DNA of 63,319 bases, filler included, from Octopus bimaculoides (lineage: Eukaryota), in assembly GCF_001194135.2 (NCBI RefSeq). It is 4 parts of 3 records of this genome, joined end to end, with 100 filler letters (N's around TTAATTAATTAA, not from the genome) between each part and the next. Parts side by side here need not be neighbours in the genome. Positions count along the whole stretch, not along the records: positions 59,848 to 63,319 come from NC_068981.1; 3 more parts are not named here. The stretch is one strand, 5' to 3'. The position numbers and the translations under genes were made by a program. The notes under the pieces were generated by a model. That model was not told the DNA's origin. It saw only the letters and a program-made list of their open reading frames with translations, and did no database searches. Positions 62,058 through 63,319 of the stretch are shown piece after piece; the first letter of the stretch is position 1; each line of letters opens with the position of its first letter.

Positions 62058-63041
62058 AATTGCACGTTGGGAGATCCTAAAAAAGCTAGGATGCCCTGAA
62101 AAATTTGTGAGAATGTTTAGACAATTTCATGACAAGACGGAAGCGAGAGTTAATGTTGGAGGTACCTTATCAGATCCAATTTCTGTAGAAACTGGTGTAA
62201 AGCAAGGTGATATTCCTGCTTCTAAACTGTTTGCTATATATTTCGCAATAGTCTTTCAAATAGCTTTTAGAAATTGCCCTGAAAGGGTCTATATAAGATA
62301 TAGGACAACAGGAAAACTTCAGTCTCAAAAGACTCTGTGCCAAAACGAAGCTCTGCATTCTCACCTTGTTGAGTTTCTGTATGTAGATGATTGTGACCTG
62401 TTGGCACATTCTCAGAAAGATATGCAGCACATGGTGAATGCGATGTTTGCAGTATGTGCAGCATTGGGTCTAACAATCAGTCTAAAAGAAACTGTTATAA
62501 TGTACCATCCTGCTCCTTCCAAGATGTATGTGGAACCTTTTATAACTGTCAATGGTCAAAGGTTGGAGACTGTACCTAGATTTATTTCTTTAGGAAGTAC
62601 CTTGAGCACTGCTGGTCTTGATGATGAAATTTCATACAGAATCAGCAGGGCTAGTAGTGCTTTTGGTAGGCTTGATAAGCGTCTGTGGAAACAACATAAT
62701 ATATCTTCACAAATTAAAGTTAAGGTATGTAACACATGCGTCCTTCCATCTTTGCTATATGGAAGTGTGGCATGGATTGTTTACCGTAGGCAGGTAAGAC
62801 AATTGGAACGATTTCATCAATACTGTCTGAAAAAAAATTTTGATGATAAGCTGGAAAACAGCCATTAGTAATGTGGAGGTGCTTGAGAGGAGTGGCAGTA
62901 GAAGTATAAAGTCAATGATTTTGCAAAGACGTTTGAGGTGGGTGGGGACAATTGATAAGGATGAGTGATGAGCGACTGCCCAAGCAGCGATTGTATGGTG
63001 AGCTGGAAGATAGCAGGAGACCAGCGCATAAGCCTAAACTA
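62058..63041 (+). mobile_element. RTE-BovB-like LINE reverse transcriptase, 3' fragment
   Basis: LKKLGCPEKF, TGVKQGDIPASKLF, YVDD at 62380-62391, GLTISLKET, RISRASSAFGRL, LLYGS, RMSDERLPKQRLYGEL. Frameshift near 62835. Confidence 0.92.
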
Positions 63042-63319
63042 AATATATACACATATATATTTATACATATATATATATACATATATATATACATATATGC
63101 ATATATATATATATATAATAATATTAGGGACAAAATCCAAAATTACAGGTAAAAACTCAATTAAAATCAATTTATAAAAAATTAAAATTAAATTGAGCTT
63201 TATAGATAAAATATAAATAAAATATATAGTTTTAGGGAAAATAACCAAGTATCAAGAACTCATCGATGAAAATCCACTATCACATATAGAAAAATTAACA
63301 ATTTGTGCATTTAATTGTT

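Noticed and set aside
1-63319. CRISPR arrays, rRNA, prokaryotic operons, protocadherin or C2H2 zinc-finger exons
   Set aside because: No repeat-spacer structure, rRNA similarity, cadherin motifs or C2H2/TGEKP patterns found by eye.

Overview
Repeat-rich, AT-rich animal genomic DNA; the SINE families and microsatellite load suggest a cephalopod such as Octopus (inference from recalled repeat families, not verified). The window is not one contiguous locus. Three artificial 100-bp spacers (N44-TTAATTAATTAA-N44) split it into four segments: 1-29384, 29485-44211, 44312-59747 and 59848-63319. I found no intact host protein-coding gene; almost all long ORFs in the track are N-gap or microsatellite artefacts. 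Recognisable content is decayed mobile DNA: RTE-like LINEs, a Tx1/L1 fragment, Penelope, a Ginger-type integrase element, Gypsy pieces, mariner/Tc1 elements, a hAT MITE, a Helitron helicase end, three tRNA-headed SINE families and a tRNA-Thr(TGT) pseudogene. The main finding is in segment 1: a roughly 25-kb, old, partly inverted tandem array of a 2-3 kb unit with nine recognisable coding remnants. Their consensus gives charged helical repeats followed by a Helitron-type C-x2-C-x11-CC-x2-GKVxLP zinc motif. A stop codon shared between copies follows that motif directly, and about 240 nt later comes a near-invariant TGACGTAATAAA block. This looks like a Helitron-N-terminus-only gene or element that was amplified locally; all copies here are disrupted. 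Secondary findings are three hammerhead-ribozyme-like motifs of the Penelope type, two long hairpins, a fold-back mariner MITE and a perfect five-unit heat-shock element.
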